Made by a program: the position numbers and the translations under genes. The notes beneath the pieces are model-generated. The model was not told where the DNA came from. It was given only the letters and a program-made list of their open reading frames with translations, and searched no databases. From Dicyema japonicum (taxonomy: Eukaryota > Animalia > Dicyemida): a stretch of DNA of 64,000 nt. Below are positions 1 through 13,526 of the stretch, in pieces. Numbering within the stretch: position 1 is the first letter of the stretch; each line of letters begins with the position of its first letter. The stretch covers positions 365,199 to 429,198 of the forward strand of contig RDEW01000024.1 of NCBI GenBank assembly GCA_011109175.1. The letters run 5' to 3'.

Positions 1-1420
1 TTAGTTACAATGACTGTTCTTAACTTAAAAAAGTGTGTTTCATGGACTTATTTTCTTTCTGGACTGGCATTAGTACCTTTATTCCAAACTCTGAAAAGTC
101 CTTGTTAGCTTTCATATCGTTCAGTAATCTTAAAAGTTTATCTGCAAGTTCTCCTGTGCCAAACTTTAATAATTCTGAGGATATGTTGTCTGGTCCCAGA
201 GAACGACCAAATTTGAGCTTCTTTATCGCTTTGGAGTCCACTTCCGGTAAGATGATCTGTTCGAGTTTTGTGTCTTATGGCGTGAAATTCAATTTTTTTT
301 TTCACAAAGAAAAGTCGTTCAAACTTGATGCGACAAACCCTATCTGTTTGGCAGCATTTCTTATTGTTTTTCCTTTTCTGTCGTGTAAAAGAAGCTTCCC
401 TGATTGGTTCTTCCCCCGCAATAGTCGCATAGCCATAAATGTTTTTAATCTTGTTTTCCAAGTGGGTGATGTGATGTCGCTTGTTTGAGTTTGATTTCTT
501 CTAGAATTGACTTCGTTCTTGTTTCAGTTTGGAAACAATTTGCGGATGCGCAGTTTTTTAGGATCTGATCCTTAAACCCTTCTGCAGATTCAATAGAGCT
601 GGCATATCTGGGTGACGCTGACTGTTTTGGAGTTTAGGTTTCCCAAGGTGTTTATCAGTCGCGGAAATGATTCTCCTCACAGTTTTGAAACATGCATTTC
701 CCGGTAGAAGATCAGTTCATATATATTTCTGATTGACTCTGATACACACTCTTGATACTCTACTTGCAGTCTTCTGACGAGCCCGAGAGTTCAGTAATAT
801 ACCTTCTTCTTGATCCTGTGGAAAGCACAAGACATTGTGTTTGGATGAAGCATCTCCTGCTAGATTTCAAGTGGAGAAACATACCCATTCTCCGGACTTA
901 GACAAGATTTTAGGTTGAATTTTGCAGACACAATTATGTGGTCACCTCCATAACATCTCGAGTCGCTTAAGAAAAATTTGTCTTTTATTCGACAACAATA
1001 TAATCGATTATAAATCTTTATCGGATTTCCGGTATTCGAAAGTCGGGAGCCTACCCACGTTGTTTTATGTCCTGCGGAATGTTCCTGATCATAGTTCCTG
1101 ATCCCTCTTTTGTGTGGCCTATAAAACGTTCGTATCCTTTTCGTATCCCAAATTTAGCATTTTAATCGCTGTCAATAAATTAGAAGAAATATGAATGAAG
1201 AAGATTTCAGGTGTATAGCGAACCCCTGTCCATAATATTTACAGTCCTATTGAATTAAGATTATTCTGTAGTTTCCAGAACGTTAGTCAAATCCTCCTCT
1301 GACCTTCGTCTCTCGGAAAGGGCAGATTGAACATCGATACATCTCAAGGTCCAGACATAGTTGATGCCTCTTTGACCAGTCTAGACCCCTGGCGTTGAAT
1401 GTGATGGTAGAAAACCAGGA
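1..1420 (-). mobile_element. Decayed RTE-clade non-LTR retrotransposon (APE endonuclease to pre-RT region, runs off window start)
   Basis: Frameshifted minus-strand motifs in order: TFNARG (~1410), D*NAKFG (~1160), HKTTW...IDYIV (~1040), GGDHIIVSAKF (~940), then KLKFGRSLGPDNISSELLK (ORF 20-241). Collinear with the RTE at 57378-60422. Confidence 0.85.
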
Positions 1421-1449
1421 AATATACTTAAGTTATTAAAATTAAATTT

Positions 1450-2700
1450 AAATTTATTAAACCAGAAAACCACCGTCATAGCCAGAATGAAAAAATTCAG
1501 GTGATCACGGCCTATCTCAGCAGTCTTCATATGCTCGGACTTGAAGGAAGTGCCGTCCAGGGAGAGCTCCTATGGATGGTCGCATTTCCTATTTTTCGAT
1601 CTGACAAATATTGATATTCCATATAGATTCTAATTTGGTGAAGGACAAAATTTAAGATTACACACTAAACATAATTTTTAGGTAAATTTATATTCTAATT
1701 TGCTGGAAAAACAGTATTTTTTTAGATTATAAAGTGATTGGCAGAATTCATCTCTCAGGAATTTTATGATCTGTTTGATACGTTTATTTAGTTGTCTGAT
1801 GGATTCAACTCCGTCGGATGGCATCATTTCATTTGGTCTTTCCTTTTATGAGTGTAAGTGTCCGGGAATTGAGAGTAGGTATAAAATACGTGAAAGATGA
1901 GAGAAGAATAAATATGTTGTCATCTTTTTGAATAGCCACAGTGATGATTTTTGCGGCTTCATATGGATGATAGTCATTTGACCAATCCAGGTCTAAGATG
2001 TCAGAGAAGCCAGGGTAGTCAAACTTCTTATAATTCTTGATACTTTTCACTTCCGTCAGCAATGTCCGGCGTCTCAGAAATCTTTTTACGTAAGATGGAT
2101 GGGATTATGGTGGCTTGAGAAACTATAGTTCACGTCCCATGTAGTGATTTCTGTTAAAGTGTATGAACATAGGCTTAAATCAGGAGAGGTGCAGCTATCA
2201 GTGCTCTTTAATTCTTGTGTGTAATTCACGATAAACATAACATAAGACCATTTGCGATGAACTCGCTTCGGATGTCAGAGGACTGTGAAGGTAGCCAATC
2301 ATGGTCACGGTCATTTAGGTCACCACATATTAGAGCGTTCTATAGTATTGAGAGTCGGGGTATATTTGTGGTGTATAATTTTAGACAGGATACCTGTGGT
2401 GGAAATTATAGGTTAATCAAGTTGATTCAAAAAGACGACTATAGATCCGTTTTGATCCACTCTATTCCGTTATTTATAACAGTAAGTATCCCCCACCTGG
2501 TCTTCCCTGAGATCCTTACAGATTACTTGGAAGATGAGAGCGTAAATTCCTGGAAGATAGCAAAGTCAGTTCGAGTTGCGGATAGGAGAGCTCGAAGTTC
2601 TAGAATCTTCCTTTTTATTCCACATTTATTTTTTTATTTAGTTGTAGAATTATGTCACATGGGCAATCTGAAGCCAATAGGCAACCTGTTTTTTACGTGG
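1450..2700 (-). mobile_element. I/Jockey-type LINE ORF2 remnant (APE domain and downstream linker)
   Basis: Minus-strand ALICGDLNDRDHDW and SPDLSLCS...WDVNYSFSSHHNPI (APE motifs), followed by the KKFDY linker (ORF 1829-2062). The 1540-1590 segment resembles 63545-63590 on the opposite strand. Confidence 0.6.
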
Positions 2701-2810
2701 TTCTAGGAAAACCAGAGATATACTACATAATATGACTTTTTTGTAACTATTATAATAACAACATTTAATTTTTTTTAGCACAAAAATTTTTTTTAACAAT
2801 TAAACAAATG

Positions 2811-3225
2811 TCAGTTGAGGAAGCCTGCTGCGTGGATTGCGAACGAGTTCCCTCGGAGTATGGCTATTCCGATCTTTTGTCTTAGCCATAACCCTTCTCT
2901 TTGATCCCTTTTCTTTCTGGCAAGCAATCCTCCAAGTTCTTGCAAGAATTCAGCCGTCATTGGACCAACGGCTCCCGATGATTCGGTCGCAACAGGAGTA
3001 AATCGGTAGCGATCCCGAGGCAAGAATATTTCTTGATTTTTAGGTTTTCCGCAGTCGAAGCAGCTGCTCCAGGTGTCTGAACAGATTTAAAAATGTTCGT
3101 GCTTGAGAACGTGTCTATGCAAGTTGCGTCCCAGACCAAAGATCTTCCAGACTTGAAGGGGAAAAGGGTCATCCCGTCAGGTCTCTTCCCATCTCCTCGA
3201 TCAAGACACAACATTTAATTAACTC
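2811..3225 (-). mobile_element. CRE-clade non-LTR retrotransposon 3' fragment (restriction-like endonuclease)
   Basis: DGKRPDGMTLFPFKSGRSLVWDATCIDTF...AAASTAENLKIKKY / RFTPVATESSG...WLRQKIGIAILRGN, with one frameshift, followed by an A-rich tail. Confidence 0.8.
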
Positions 3226-3799
3226 ATCAATTCGAAATAAAAAATTAATACAAACTGTATTTATTTTATGGCTAACTTGATTTCTTTTAATTTTAACAGC
3301 ATGGATTTAGTGAGTTTTATGTCTCAATTTAGGGGATATATCAAAGATCTTGTCGAATATGAAAAAATTAGACAGATCTTATGTGGAATCGATCTTGAAG
3401 ATATAAGTACTCAAATGAAACGGAGAGTATGAGAAATGGCCTCACAATTTTCGCTTAGAAACGATTAGTTTAATTCTGATTTAATTTAGACTTTTCTTAA
3501 AAAGACAGAAAAGTTGAAATCTGGTTGAAGTGGAACTAACTAACTATACCATTTTCAGTTCAATTCTGACAATTTTAGAATCTAATTAGACCATGCGATG
3601 TTCTATTTGACATTTTTAAATCTATTTTGACAAAACAATATTCATAATTGACATTTTTTACATCAATTTTAACTATGGGATGTTCAATTTTAACATTTTA
3701 AAAATCTATTTTAACATTGAAATATACATCTTTGATGGAATTAAAATTATTAATTAACAACTTAATCATTTAATGGAATCCCAAGCGTACAATTTCTAA

Positions 3800-4020
3800 T
3801 TATTTTTACGACATTCCTGTAAAAATGTCGTATTTTCTCTAGCGTTTAATTTGTTATAGAATAGTCCAAAGCATTTTGTAGTAATTGAGCTCGAAATTCG
3901 GTCAGAGTTGCATTTCCTGCTGCAATAACATCATTATGTTAGATAAATACGTCTTCATTCCACCCTTAAGAATGGAAAAACAGCCTTCGAATGGATTAAG
4001 TTAGGAGACAATGGTGCATC
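3800..4020 (-). mobile_element. Tc1/IS630-type transposase C-terminal remnant
   Basis: Correcting one frameshift gives APLSPNL(N)PFEGCFSILKGGMKTYL, matching the PYSPxLNPIExxFSxLK motif. Confidence 0.45.
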
Positions 4021-5714
4021 AAATCTTCGTATAGTATGTTCTACTCGTATACCTTCAAAATTTCCTTCCTTGCAGGATTGTATGATGATTCCTGATTAAA
4101 TAGAGTTAGAATATTTAGGTCGTCGTTTCAATGTTATTACCTCTTTCGCTCATGCAGATTTTCTGCCTTGCATAACCACAAAAGACTTTCTCCCTTTTTC
4201 TATTGGGTCCTCCTACACTGTGGTGGTGTCAAATCACACGCACATATCCCTTGACGTTTTCTGAGAAATTGATGAAAATCCATAACTTATAGCCTTAAAC
4301 TCTACGATAGAATATCAGTTGTATCGATATTGTCCCTTATTCAATAAAATAGCTTTCGTAACCATAACTAATGAACGACATTCAAAATTTATATTAACTT
4401 ATAATCCCAAGATAATAAAATATTATCTTAATTAATTATTAATTTGACATATTTAAAACTATGTTAAAAATTCTACATGTAGCCACGTGTTACCATGTCT
4501 CTCAATTCTAAGTTAAATCAATGTTGAAGACATCTAGTTATTTCCTTGAGAACTAGAGCTAAAAGCTATTTAATAAATTAATATTATTTAAAAAAATATT
4601 AATATTATTTAAAATTAATAATAACAAGTCAACAACTAACTCTAATTTAAGTTCTCATGCACGTGAATTAGTATCTTCGTACGTAGCTCGATCATTGGAG
4701 GTAACAATATTACTGCTTGGATGGATTACATACGATGGAAATGAATAGGAATATGACTATAGTATAATCAAGTTACTGACTCAAACATTGAATATGAATT
4801 GGCTGCATTTTAATATCAAATGATGATGGTCTTCTCCCGTCAATCCACTAAAGGATCTGATGATAGGTTTGAGATTGGAAATTTTTATCGTTACCATACT
4901 TAAAAAACAATGTATAATAATCATATTCTGCAAACATTTTAATTGAAATCGCAAGCATTTAGGGGCAATCACAAATTTTTCTGATGTGAGTTGCATTCAT
5001 ATAATTAAAGCCAATAGAATTATCTGTAGCAATATTAGACCCAATTAAAAGTGTTCTGTTGATATAAGGAAGAACAATCAACATTCTGTTATAACAATGA
5101 TGTCCGCAATATGGTGTTTAAGGGAATAATATAAAAATATTGGATTGTTGTATAAGAATTTGGAAAATGAAGACAATAACTCGTATGTGAATATATTAAA
5201 TCGTAGAATTATCGTTATTGAAAGAACACAGCTTGATTAGAAGTTACCAAAATAATTGAGCGTCGACCATTTTGATAACAGCCAGATTAAATTCAATAAC
5301 AAAAATACGACAGAATACTCCACTAAAGATATATATCAATAGCTGATGTATTATTGTTAAATTGGTTAACCACCTAAAAAATAAAAGTAACCATATTTTT
5401 AATATTTATATTATTGATAATTTTTCTTAATTATCTTCTAAAATAATAATTTTTTAAAAACTGAAGTTGATCACTTGATATTTGGAGAACCGTTATGGAT
5501 TTATAGGTCAAAATTAGGAATACAATTCCATAGACATTGCTTCAATCCTTAATCTACGTCAATGATGAATGAAGTGAGATGAAAATTATTTTAAAATCTG
5601 ACAATAAATTAATAAAAAATTAATTGATATTTAGTTTTAATGAAAAGTTAAATCGGTCAAATGGAAAAAATGACCTTAAGTTAAATAGGTCAAATTTTTC
5701 ATCGACCTGGGGAC

Positions 5715-6165
5715 TTCCAAAACCGAACTACTTGTAAAGATTCTTTCCTCTGAAGACAACATAGATCCTTACTAGAACTGAACTGGCCAACAAGAATAAA
5801 CAAGGAATAACTAAATAAGAGATGTTGTACGGGTCCACAGAGTCTCAAAATTATTGTTATGCGTTGGAAGATATTTGAACATATCTTAGAATGGACTTGG
5901 CTGCTCTAGCCAGCATAGCAATGGAGAATACTTCATGAGAAATAAATAGTGTTTATGTGGACGTCTGCGTGTTACACTACAAGAAACAATTGATGGAGAT
6001 CTAGAGCATGTGAACAAATGTCTAAGAAATGGAGACGATCTGGACGAGTTGAGGAAACTCTATACGATCAAGGAGGTTGAAAGAGGTTGGTTCAGAAGAT
6101 TCATTCGAGTGCTGCACTAGTGAAATTATTACTGTTATGGTTCTACTCATGCTGCTTAAAAATAT
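5715..6165 (+). mobile_element. RTE 3' fragment
   Basis: RRQLRSLLELNWPTRIN, MRWKIFGHILR and NGDDLDELRKL motifs with frameshifts. Also present at ~20705-21165 and ~21385-21730. Confidence 0.8.
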
Positions 6166-6334
6166 GTCAAGTTTGGAATTAATTAACCTATTATTTATAT
6201 TCACAGGGTAATTCGATATAAATTATATAAATTATGAAGGTATCCCTTCATTTTCTGTGCTTTTTTCTATGTACAAGAGATTCATCCATCTGAACTATTA
6301 ACAACTTTCTCAGTGTACTCAAGTTTAATAAAAA

Positions 6335-6995
6335 AAAGGAACATCGAAGAATAAACAGAGACATACAAAACATTTTCTTCGCATAAAGCAATCCCAATTC
6401 GTTGCTTTAGCCAGACCGTTTCCTGCACGTCTTTTCTACAGTGTTCCAATTTCCCCCGTTACTTCAAGAAAATGGCTGTGATACTTCTCGCAGATGGTTT
6501 CGATTGCCACTAGTACAAAACGAAAGCGGTTTCCCATTTCACTATATTTTTTAATCTTGATTTTCTCGGCCAGATCTGCTCCTGATCCAGCAGACTGCGC
6601 CAAGCTGATTATCATAGAGATCGAGAAAGAATCCAAAACAGTGCAGTCCCATTCAAACGATTTTGCCTAAGTGAACGAAAGGATAGTTTAGCGTATCCTA
6701 TCTTTCCCCGTCTCCGTGATTCAATCCCACAGGCTCCATGATTGCTGGGAAGCCTGTAGCTTCAAGAGCATGTTTGACAATGTCGTTCATAGCAAAATGG
6801 CGGGGTGCTCTGCTAGCATTCGTTTTACACGAAAGCGGATGCAGCATTTTGACATCGATGATCCCACCATAATGACATTGGTATTCGACACAAACATCAA
6901 CTCCCAAGCGCAATGCGATCCCAATCCAAATAAAGTCATTGTCAAAAATAGTCCATAAGGAGGAACACGAGAGTGCATCGAGCCACGCTCGCTCC
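6335..6995 (-). mobile_element. CRE-clade retrotransposon 3' fragment (CCHC knuckle plus RLE)
   Basis: ALRLG...CHYG...HPLSC...RHFAMNDIVKHAL...EPVGLNHGDGER, then AEKIKIKKY...RFVLVAIET and WLKQRIGIA. Confidence 0.8.
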
Positions 6996-7143
6996 CATTT
7001 TTTTTCAAGTAGAAAAAATGAAATTTTAATAAAGTTGATCTTTTTGATATCAATATCAATGATCTTTTGGGAATTGTCTAAAAAAGGAAAATTCACTTAT
7101 TAATCAACGTAAAATTTTAGTATACGAATCATTGCTTTTTTGG

Positions 7144-8849
7144 ATATTTTATTTATTATTTAAGAACTTCACGAGAGCCATACTAATTCATGTGCAGCAA
7201 AAGAAACAAGGTTAGATGTCAACCTTTTCCATGCTCCCCTGTTCCAAGACAAGGGTCTCATGCTGTCCAGGTCGTCGGCATTATTAGATTTTTTTTGATA
7301 CTGACCAGGTCTATTTGTAAGCCTATTGGCAGTGTTGTTCTTGGTCTTCCACAATAGCGGCCTTCTTGACTAACATAGTATGTTTCCATAGATATGTTCG
7401 ATGGGGATGTTAATTCCATCCTCAACACGTGTCCTAAGAGCCTCCATCGGGATTCCAGTACTTTTAAGCTGATAGGTCTAGTGCTGCATCTCTTATATAA
7501 AGCGTTCCTCGATATTCTCGTAGGCCAAGTAGTTCCTGTTATTTTTCTCAGCTGACCTCTGTGGAACGAGTCTAGTTTTTCATATCCGCTGATGAGGTCG
7601 CCCAAGTTCCAGCGTTATATAAAAGTACGGGTTTTATGAATGAGTCGTATAGTAGGATTCTCATTTTCGTGTCAATGCCTTTTTGAATTGAGCCATAATT
7701 CTTCAGTTTATATAACGCAGCATTGGCTAGAGTTTTCCTACGTAAAATATCTTCGCTATCTCCCATAAGTGAACCGAGTTTCTTTACTTGTCGCCACTTT
7801 CTTCTAGGACGTTACTCATCCTTCTTATCTCTGTGAGTTCTGTTTTTTCTCTGTTCACAGTAAGAAACCATTTCCCTAGTACATCTGGTGCTTTTTCTAA
7901 TAGGTTTTCCAGGACCTCTTTGTCTTCAGAAATTAGGTCTACATCGTCCGCGTAGATTACTTCTTCCGTCTTTCCTTGGTATGACGGTCTAAGTTCCCTC
8001 ATAGCGGCTTCCAAATAAATTGTGAATAGAAGAGGAGAAAGAGAGTCTCCTTCTGGAGTGCCCGTATTTGTTTCAAATTTTCTTGAATAGGCTTTTCCGA
8101 CTCTCACAAGGAGCTCAGTGTTAGAAAGTAGAATTCGGATCATCCTTAGACTCGATTCATCAAGAAATCCGCTCAGTATTCCCATTAATTTGTTCCTGTT
8201 AACCGTATCAAAAGCTCTTGATAGGTCAATTCCCAAAATATTGGTGGCGTTACGGTATCTTTGATATGTTGCACACCTTTATCTGTGACTCCATACCTCA
8301 TCAGCTGTTGATCTCCCTTCTCGAAAACCACTTTGACTATCTGGTAGGTATTTGTAAGCAGATCCTTTTATTCGTTCAAGCACAATGTTTGCCAAGATTT
8401 TGCGTAATGAATTTAGTAGTATGATGGGTAGCGAATTTTCGATCGGTCCTCTGTTTTTGTTGGTTTTTTGTATGGGGATTAGTAGTCCCGTACCCAGCAG
8501 TAGAGTTGAGTTAGTTGAAAACATTTCATTTAGTAGTGTAGCGATTTTTTCAAAAAGGAGGTCAGGGCCGTATTTCATAGTTCTGGGTTTATCGCATCCG
8601 GTCCGGTGCTTCCGTTATTCTTGAGTTTTCGGCAGGCCGTTTTGATTTCCTCGGCCGTGATTGGTATCTCAAGGGTTCTTGGCCTTCCATCAAATGAGTG
8701 ATTTCTATGGTTTTGATGTTGAAAAGCTTCTCAAAGTGAGCCGCGATGGCTTCAGTTTGTTCTTTGGTGTTCAGTATTAGCTTATCGTTCTCGTCTTTTA
8801 TGGTTAGTCGGTTTCGGTTTGTTCGCCGCAGCAAACGGGCAGCGACGTA
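7144..8849 (-). mobile_element. 5'-truncated RTE retrotransposon with 9-bp TSD
   Basis: RT motifs GIDLSRAFD, GTPEGDSLSPLLF and YADD; C-terminal RWRLLGHVLR. TSD CTTTTTTGG at 7135-7143 and 8850-8858. The empty site is present in the duplicated copy near 22670. Confidence 0.92.
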
Positions 8850-9789
8850 CTTTTTTGGTTATAAATTAAAATTCCCTTCAAAAAATATATTTTCAATATA
8901 AAACTAATATAAAAATAATAATTTAATAATAAAATTTAAATAATTGCGGAATTTGATCGTCCAATAATCTTGGGTGTTAAATAAATAAATAAAATGGTGT
9001 GCGGTATAATAACATTGTATGAAATTGAAAGAAATACATTTTTCATAGATAATTTAGGCAAATGCAATCTGATTCTGTGCTGTTATCTAAAAAATTACAA
9101 TTTTTAACCTGTTGCGCAAAAGTAATGAAATTACCTAAATACAAAAAACTTGTAAACCACATTCTCTATTTAGACTAACAAAAACAAAGAACGGATCAGG
9201 AAGAAACAACATTCTCAATTACGGAATAACCGAATATGTTCATTAATTTCCAGTATAGTTCGAAAGGGATGAGCTTTTCTAAAATTTCCACCAAAACAGG
9301 TCTGTTGATTAAAAATAGCAGAATCCCTCCAAAAATTCATCCACCCATCATCTCATCCAAACATTACTGAAGAAGTAGTCTCTGAGTTTTCCAATGGGCA
9401 ATTTCAACTCCTGCAAGTGGAAGGTATGGGATATTCTAGAAGGTTATAAAACAATCATTCTCTGAATCCCTCAATAATCGATTGCCATTCGAAACCTAGT
9501 AGGTTGAGGTGTATTAATGATTTGTTAGACGAGGAATCCAATATCCCCATAGTAAACAGTAGATCATATTTCAGACTTATCCTAAGTCATCCCGTAATAT
9601 GACTCACTTGTCTGCCCCTAATACTATCAAAGAAAGACCAACAATCATCACAGACCACGTGGATCTTCCCAATGATCCCAAAGAAGGCCAGACTATCAAC
9701 ACAGCACATGTGATTCTTCCTAATATCAACTCTGAATTACAGACCATGAGGGCGTGCCTGATGTCTCCACAATATAGACCCGAAATTGT

Positions 9790-11010
9790 TCGAACGTAAA
9801 TTTAGTTACATTATACATAATTTGATTGATAACACTGTTAATTCTACATTGGAGGGATGGAAGAAATTTAATTAAAAGGTCTTAGTTTTCATTAAATTTA
9901 GGTATTTAGAGGAAATCGGAGTTGATGACTTTTTAGTTGACGACGAGATTCACATTTCCGTCTTAAATTTGACCTTCCACAACATAAAGAGCTTACTAAG
10001 AACAATTTTGACAGGAAGAAATAAGAAAATTGATAATATTATTTTTATAGAAGAGAATATATTAAGTGAAACAGAAATTGAGGATGAATTCATAAACAGT
10101 CCTAATTCCCAGGATTCACTTCACTATGATAATGAACATTCTTTGCCGTTAAGGCAAAAGCTTGATGAAATCAAAAAATACAATGTTTGTCTTTTATAGT
10201 AAACTTTAGCCTAATTTTCCCGCTAAAACTATCGAAATTTGTTATGGGTTTGTTATAATATAACTAAGTCATCTTCTGTCTTCTAGAGCTACTGCTTTCC
10301 ACCCTAAACTGCCTCTATTAGCTACTGGATCAGATGACCACCTTGTTAGACTCTGGTATTTGGATTTAAATAACGAAAAGTATTATTTTTGAATAACTAA
10401 GTGAACTATTGTACCAAGTCTCACATACTATGGAAGTCTGTCCCCAGTTCTTTGCATTGTATTCACAGAGGATGGTTGTAAATTTGTCGCAGGCACCTTA
10501 ACTGGGAATGTTATATTCTGGAATTGTCCTCGTGATCCTTTGATTGAAAACTTTAATAATTTATATTATTCAGAATTAACAAAAAGTGTGGAGATTTGCA
10601 CACGTTTGGATGCAGTAATGAACATTTGTATGAATTCTAATTTTGTGATATCTCTGTTTGCTGATGGTTGGATTAAGATGACCAGTTTGACAACGTTGAG
10701 TCTTGATAAGTCCTTTCAGTTGATAGGAGGTATACAGTCATGTATTCAAAGACAGGAGAGCGGTTTCGATGACTGTGGCTGATGGAAGATTGTTGATAAG
10801 TTATTCATTGTAAAAGACCGATAGTTATGTGAAAGTATTGAATATTGAACCAAATGACTGTGTATATGAATTTAAATTTGAAATGAGTAATTTTGATGAA
10901 TGTGTTGTTTTTGTCGGATTTGATAGACTGAGAGATCTCAATGCTGTTTCCTTTGGTGATGGCTCAATTGTAATGTTATATGGAGGTTATTATTGACTCT
11001 TTATGGTTAA
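9790..11010 (+). pseudogene. STRN: Striatin-like (STRIPAK scaffold, WD40) pseudogene or truncated gene with micro-introns
   Basis: Introns 9879-9901 (23 nt), 10185-10209 (25 nt) and 10248-10268 (21 nt) splice in frame. They give WRDGRNLIKRYLEEIG (cf. striatin WKQGRQLLRQYLQEVG) and GHLLSSRATAFHPKLPLLATGSDDHLVRLW (first WD40). Next is SLTYYGSLSPVLCIVFTEDG. Frameshifts near 9848, 10402 and 10768, an in-frame TAA near 10811, and no N-terminal coiled coil. Confidence 0.8.
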
Positions 11011-12096
11011 TCAGTTTTTTCTGTGTTTTTTGTAGTTATCATCCCTAAAGTTTGTAATTTAACATATGAAATCAAATTTTATTTAGCTAGTCTTAATTAA
11101 TTGGAATCTTCTTAGCTTAGCGAATTCTGAAATCTGCCTCCATTATCAGAGCTTTCAGTACCTCCATGTCCGAAATAATCCACTGTTTCGGATTCTTTGG
11201 TTAGCAATTACAATCGCATTCGCAATTCGGCTCCTCAAATCTCACTTCTATGAAATAATCAAACGTGGTATACAGCTTTCTTCTCTGCTGATGCTAGCCG
11301 CTCCTGCAGAGAGTCACAAGTCATCTTCTCAATCCTTTCAGTATCCTCATCCATTTTCCTTTTCAGGTCTTCCATCATAGAGGGCACAATCAGTTCTTCA
11401 CGTTCTTTTAGCCTCTTCTTCGCACCATTAATTTCCTCAACTTTAATATGGAAGTACACCATTAGTTCATCCCTCTGAGTGTCTCAATATTCCAAATAAA
11501 GGAGTTAGCATATTCAATAATTTGCTTTAACAACTGCCAGTCCTCATTCTACTTTAAATCAGGAGTCATTTTAATTTGGCGTATTTTCTTAGTCCCTATA
11601 TATTCTTGTACTGTCATGCATACTACTTGAATACCTCTTATAATATCTTATTGATATTCTATAATATTCTGAAATTTCATCTAAGGCTATTCTGCTACTC
11701 ACATTCTCGGAGCACTCATATACAAGTTCCTCCAGCTGTCATATTTTTTCAGTATATGTTGGTATTTTAATATATTGAGGGTTTCTTCTACCATTTTTAG
11801 AGTTTCTGGTTTCAAGGTCTCGCACGTGTTTTTTTAACTGTTAAGCATTTGTAGTGAATTTTTTGGAGACATAACTATAATAGACTCACTCGTGGAGGGT
11901 TAGGTTCATATATGCTAATGTGATTACTTCCATTCCTGCCTTAGTGAGTGAGCACGTAATTAGTCCGGTGTAAAAGGAAGGAGTGGTTTGTTAGCGACAC
12001 AAAACGACCATGCTGCTTACATTATTATTAATATTATTAACCCAAGAACACCAATAGTTAATTTAATTATTAAATTAATTAAGTGATCTCGAAGGC

Positions 12097-12457
12097 AAAA
12101 CAGAACCATTATCCATGGAAATCAGAAGATCGAGATGGAGACTGTTCGGTCACATTCTGAAGATGGACCTGGATCTCCCGGCAAATCACGTAATAGATGA
12201 ATATTTCATGGAAAAACAAAATCATTCCGAGGAAGGCCTAGAACAACCTTACCTATCATGCTAATGAAGACCTAAAAGCCATAGACAGGGAGTTGAAAAC
12301 AATGGATGACCTCGATGAACTAAGAGATCTTGCGAAACGGAGAGGCCTTTGGATGCGATTGGTGCAAAGGGTGGCCGGCGCGGCACAAGGGAACCTTAAT
12401 TGACTTTTGTTTTTTTATGTGTTCTCGGCAGTGCTCTCGGCAGTGCTGATAATAATA
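12097..12457 (+). mobile_element. ~360-bp RTE 3' stub with 11-bp TSD
   Basis: RWRLFGHIL and DDLDELRDLA motifs, (TAA)n tail, TSD ATCTCGAAGGC at 12086-12096 and 12458-12468. Confidence 0.9.
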
Positions 12458-13271
12458 ATCTCGAAGGCCTCAATCAGAATTCTCATTTTCTCCTCGTGCG
12501 CCTTCTGGAATCCAACACAACTAATCTGTGAGCGGGGTGGTTTCGGAATAAGAATTGGAGATGTATACCCTTCTCATAAGACACGTCGTGGCTGTGTATT
12601 GTTGAGAGTTCACTGCTTGCACAGAGTAGCAAATCCCTTTACATTTTGTTGGATAAGGTCTTCAAGTGATGAATGTATTAGTTTTTATAGTTTCCCGAGA
12701 TTAGTAATAGAAGTGGCTGTTAAAGCCTAAATGTCCCGGATTCTTTGTTTGTTCGTCCAGGACAGATTGATTCCTCATGACGTACAGGCATAGCTGACAG
12801 ATGGTTCAATGACTGTTTGATGTCTCATGAACTCCGGATACGTCATTAATCTATGACTGGGAGATTATATTTGAAGTACCTGTGAAATTAATCTCGTGGA
12901 ACTGTGGGATATCCAACTGACAATATCAATGGAACCAATAATAATTAGTAATAATAAGGCAAATTTCCACCTATCTAACATATATAGTTAGTTTCCAATC
13001 AAATTCAATAAAACAGTGAAGAATACTACAATATACAACTAAAATGGTTATACCACTCCATATAGTTTAGAGGTTCAAGAATCTTACTCTTTATTCTGTT
13101 TACATTTAATTGTACTATCCTAGTTGGTGCAGGATTTTGATTAACATCTCTACATAAACATAGTTCTTCCTTGTTGGTACATCTAAAATGGATAGAAAAC
13201 GCTAAGCTCCCTTCTGTCAAATATAAAACGTCAACGGGGATCCACATTACATTTTTTGTAATTTCTATTTA

Positions 13272-13471
13272 CAGGGTTTTCCTATTTATTTAATAACTTT
13301 GTCATAAAATTTAATAACTTTGTCAAAAAATTTAATAACTTTGTCAAAAAATTTAATAACTTTGTCATAAAATTTAATAACTTTGTCAAAATGTTTAATA
13401 ATTCGTCAAAATACTTAATAACTTTGTCAAAATGTTTAATAACTTTGTCAAAATGTTTAATAACTTTGTCA
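13272..13471. repeat. Left TIR: about nine ~21-bp direct repeats (TAATAACTTTGTCAAAAAATT consensus)
   Basis: Repeat units read directly from the sequence; inverted counterpart at 14711-14866. Confidence 0.95.
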
Positions 13472-13526
13472 AGGGTCAAATTAAAAGAAACCAATTTCAT
13501 AATTAATTGAAAAAAACAACTATAAA

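Larger units (their letters stand above)
4066..9772 (+). repeat. Segmental duplication, copy 1 (partner 19084-23563); contains an extra 1.7 kb RTE insertion
   Basis: Collinear near-identity from ttccttgcaggattgtatgatg (4066 vs 19084) to gatgtctccacaa (9772 vs 23563). Confidence 0.95.

Noticed and set aside
33-488. 151-aa plus-strand ORF and similar ORFs at 8385, 58751, 59221 and 57771
   Set aside because: Antisense shadows of RTE coding sequence.
3300-3435. Short plus-strand ORF MDLVSFMSQFRGYIKDLV… with apparent splice signals
   Set aside because: The candidate 23-nt intron leads to an early stop, and no family was recognised.
13282-13500. ORF MKLVSFNLTLDKVIKHFDKVIKHF… and a CRISPR-like look of the array
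   Set aside because: It is a translation of the 21-bp TIR repeats. Units are contiguous with no unique spacers and are mirrored at the other end of the transposon.
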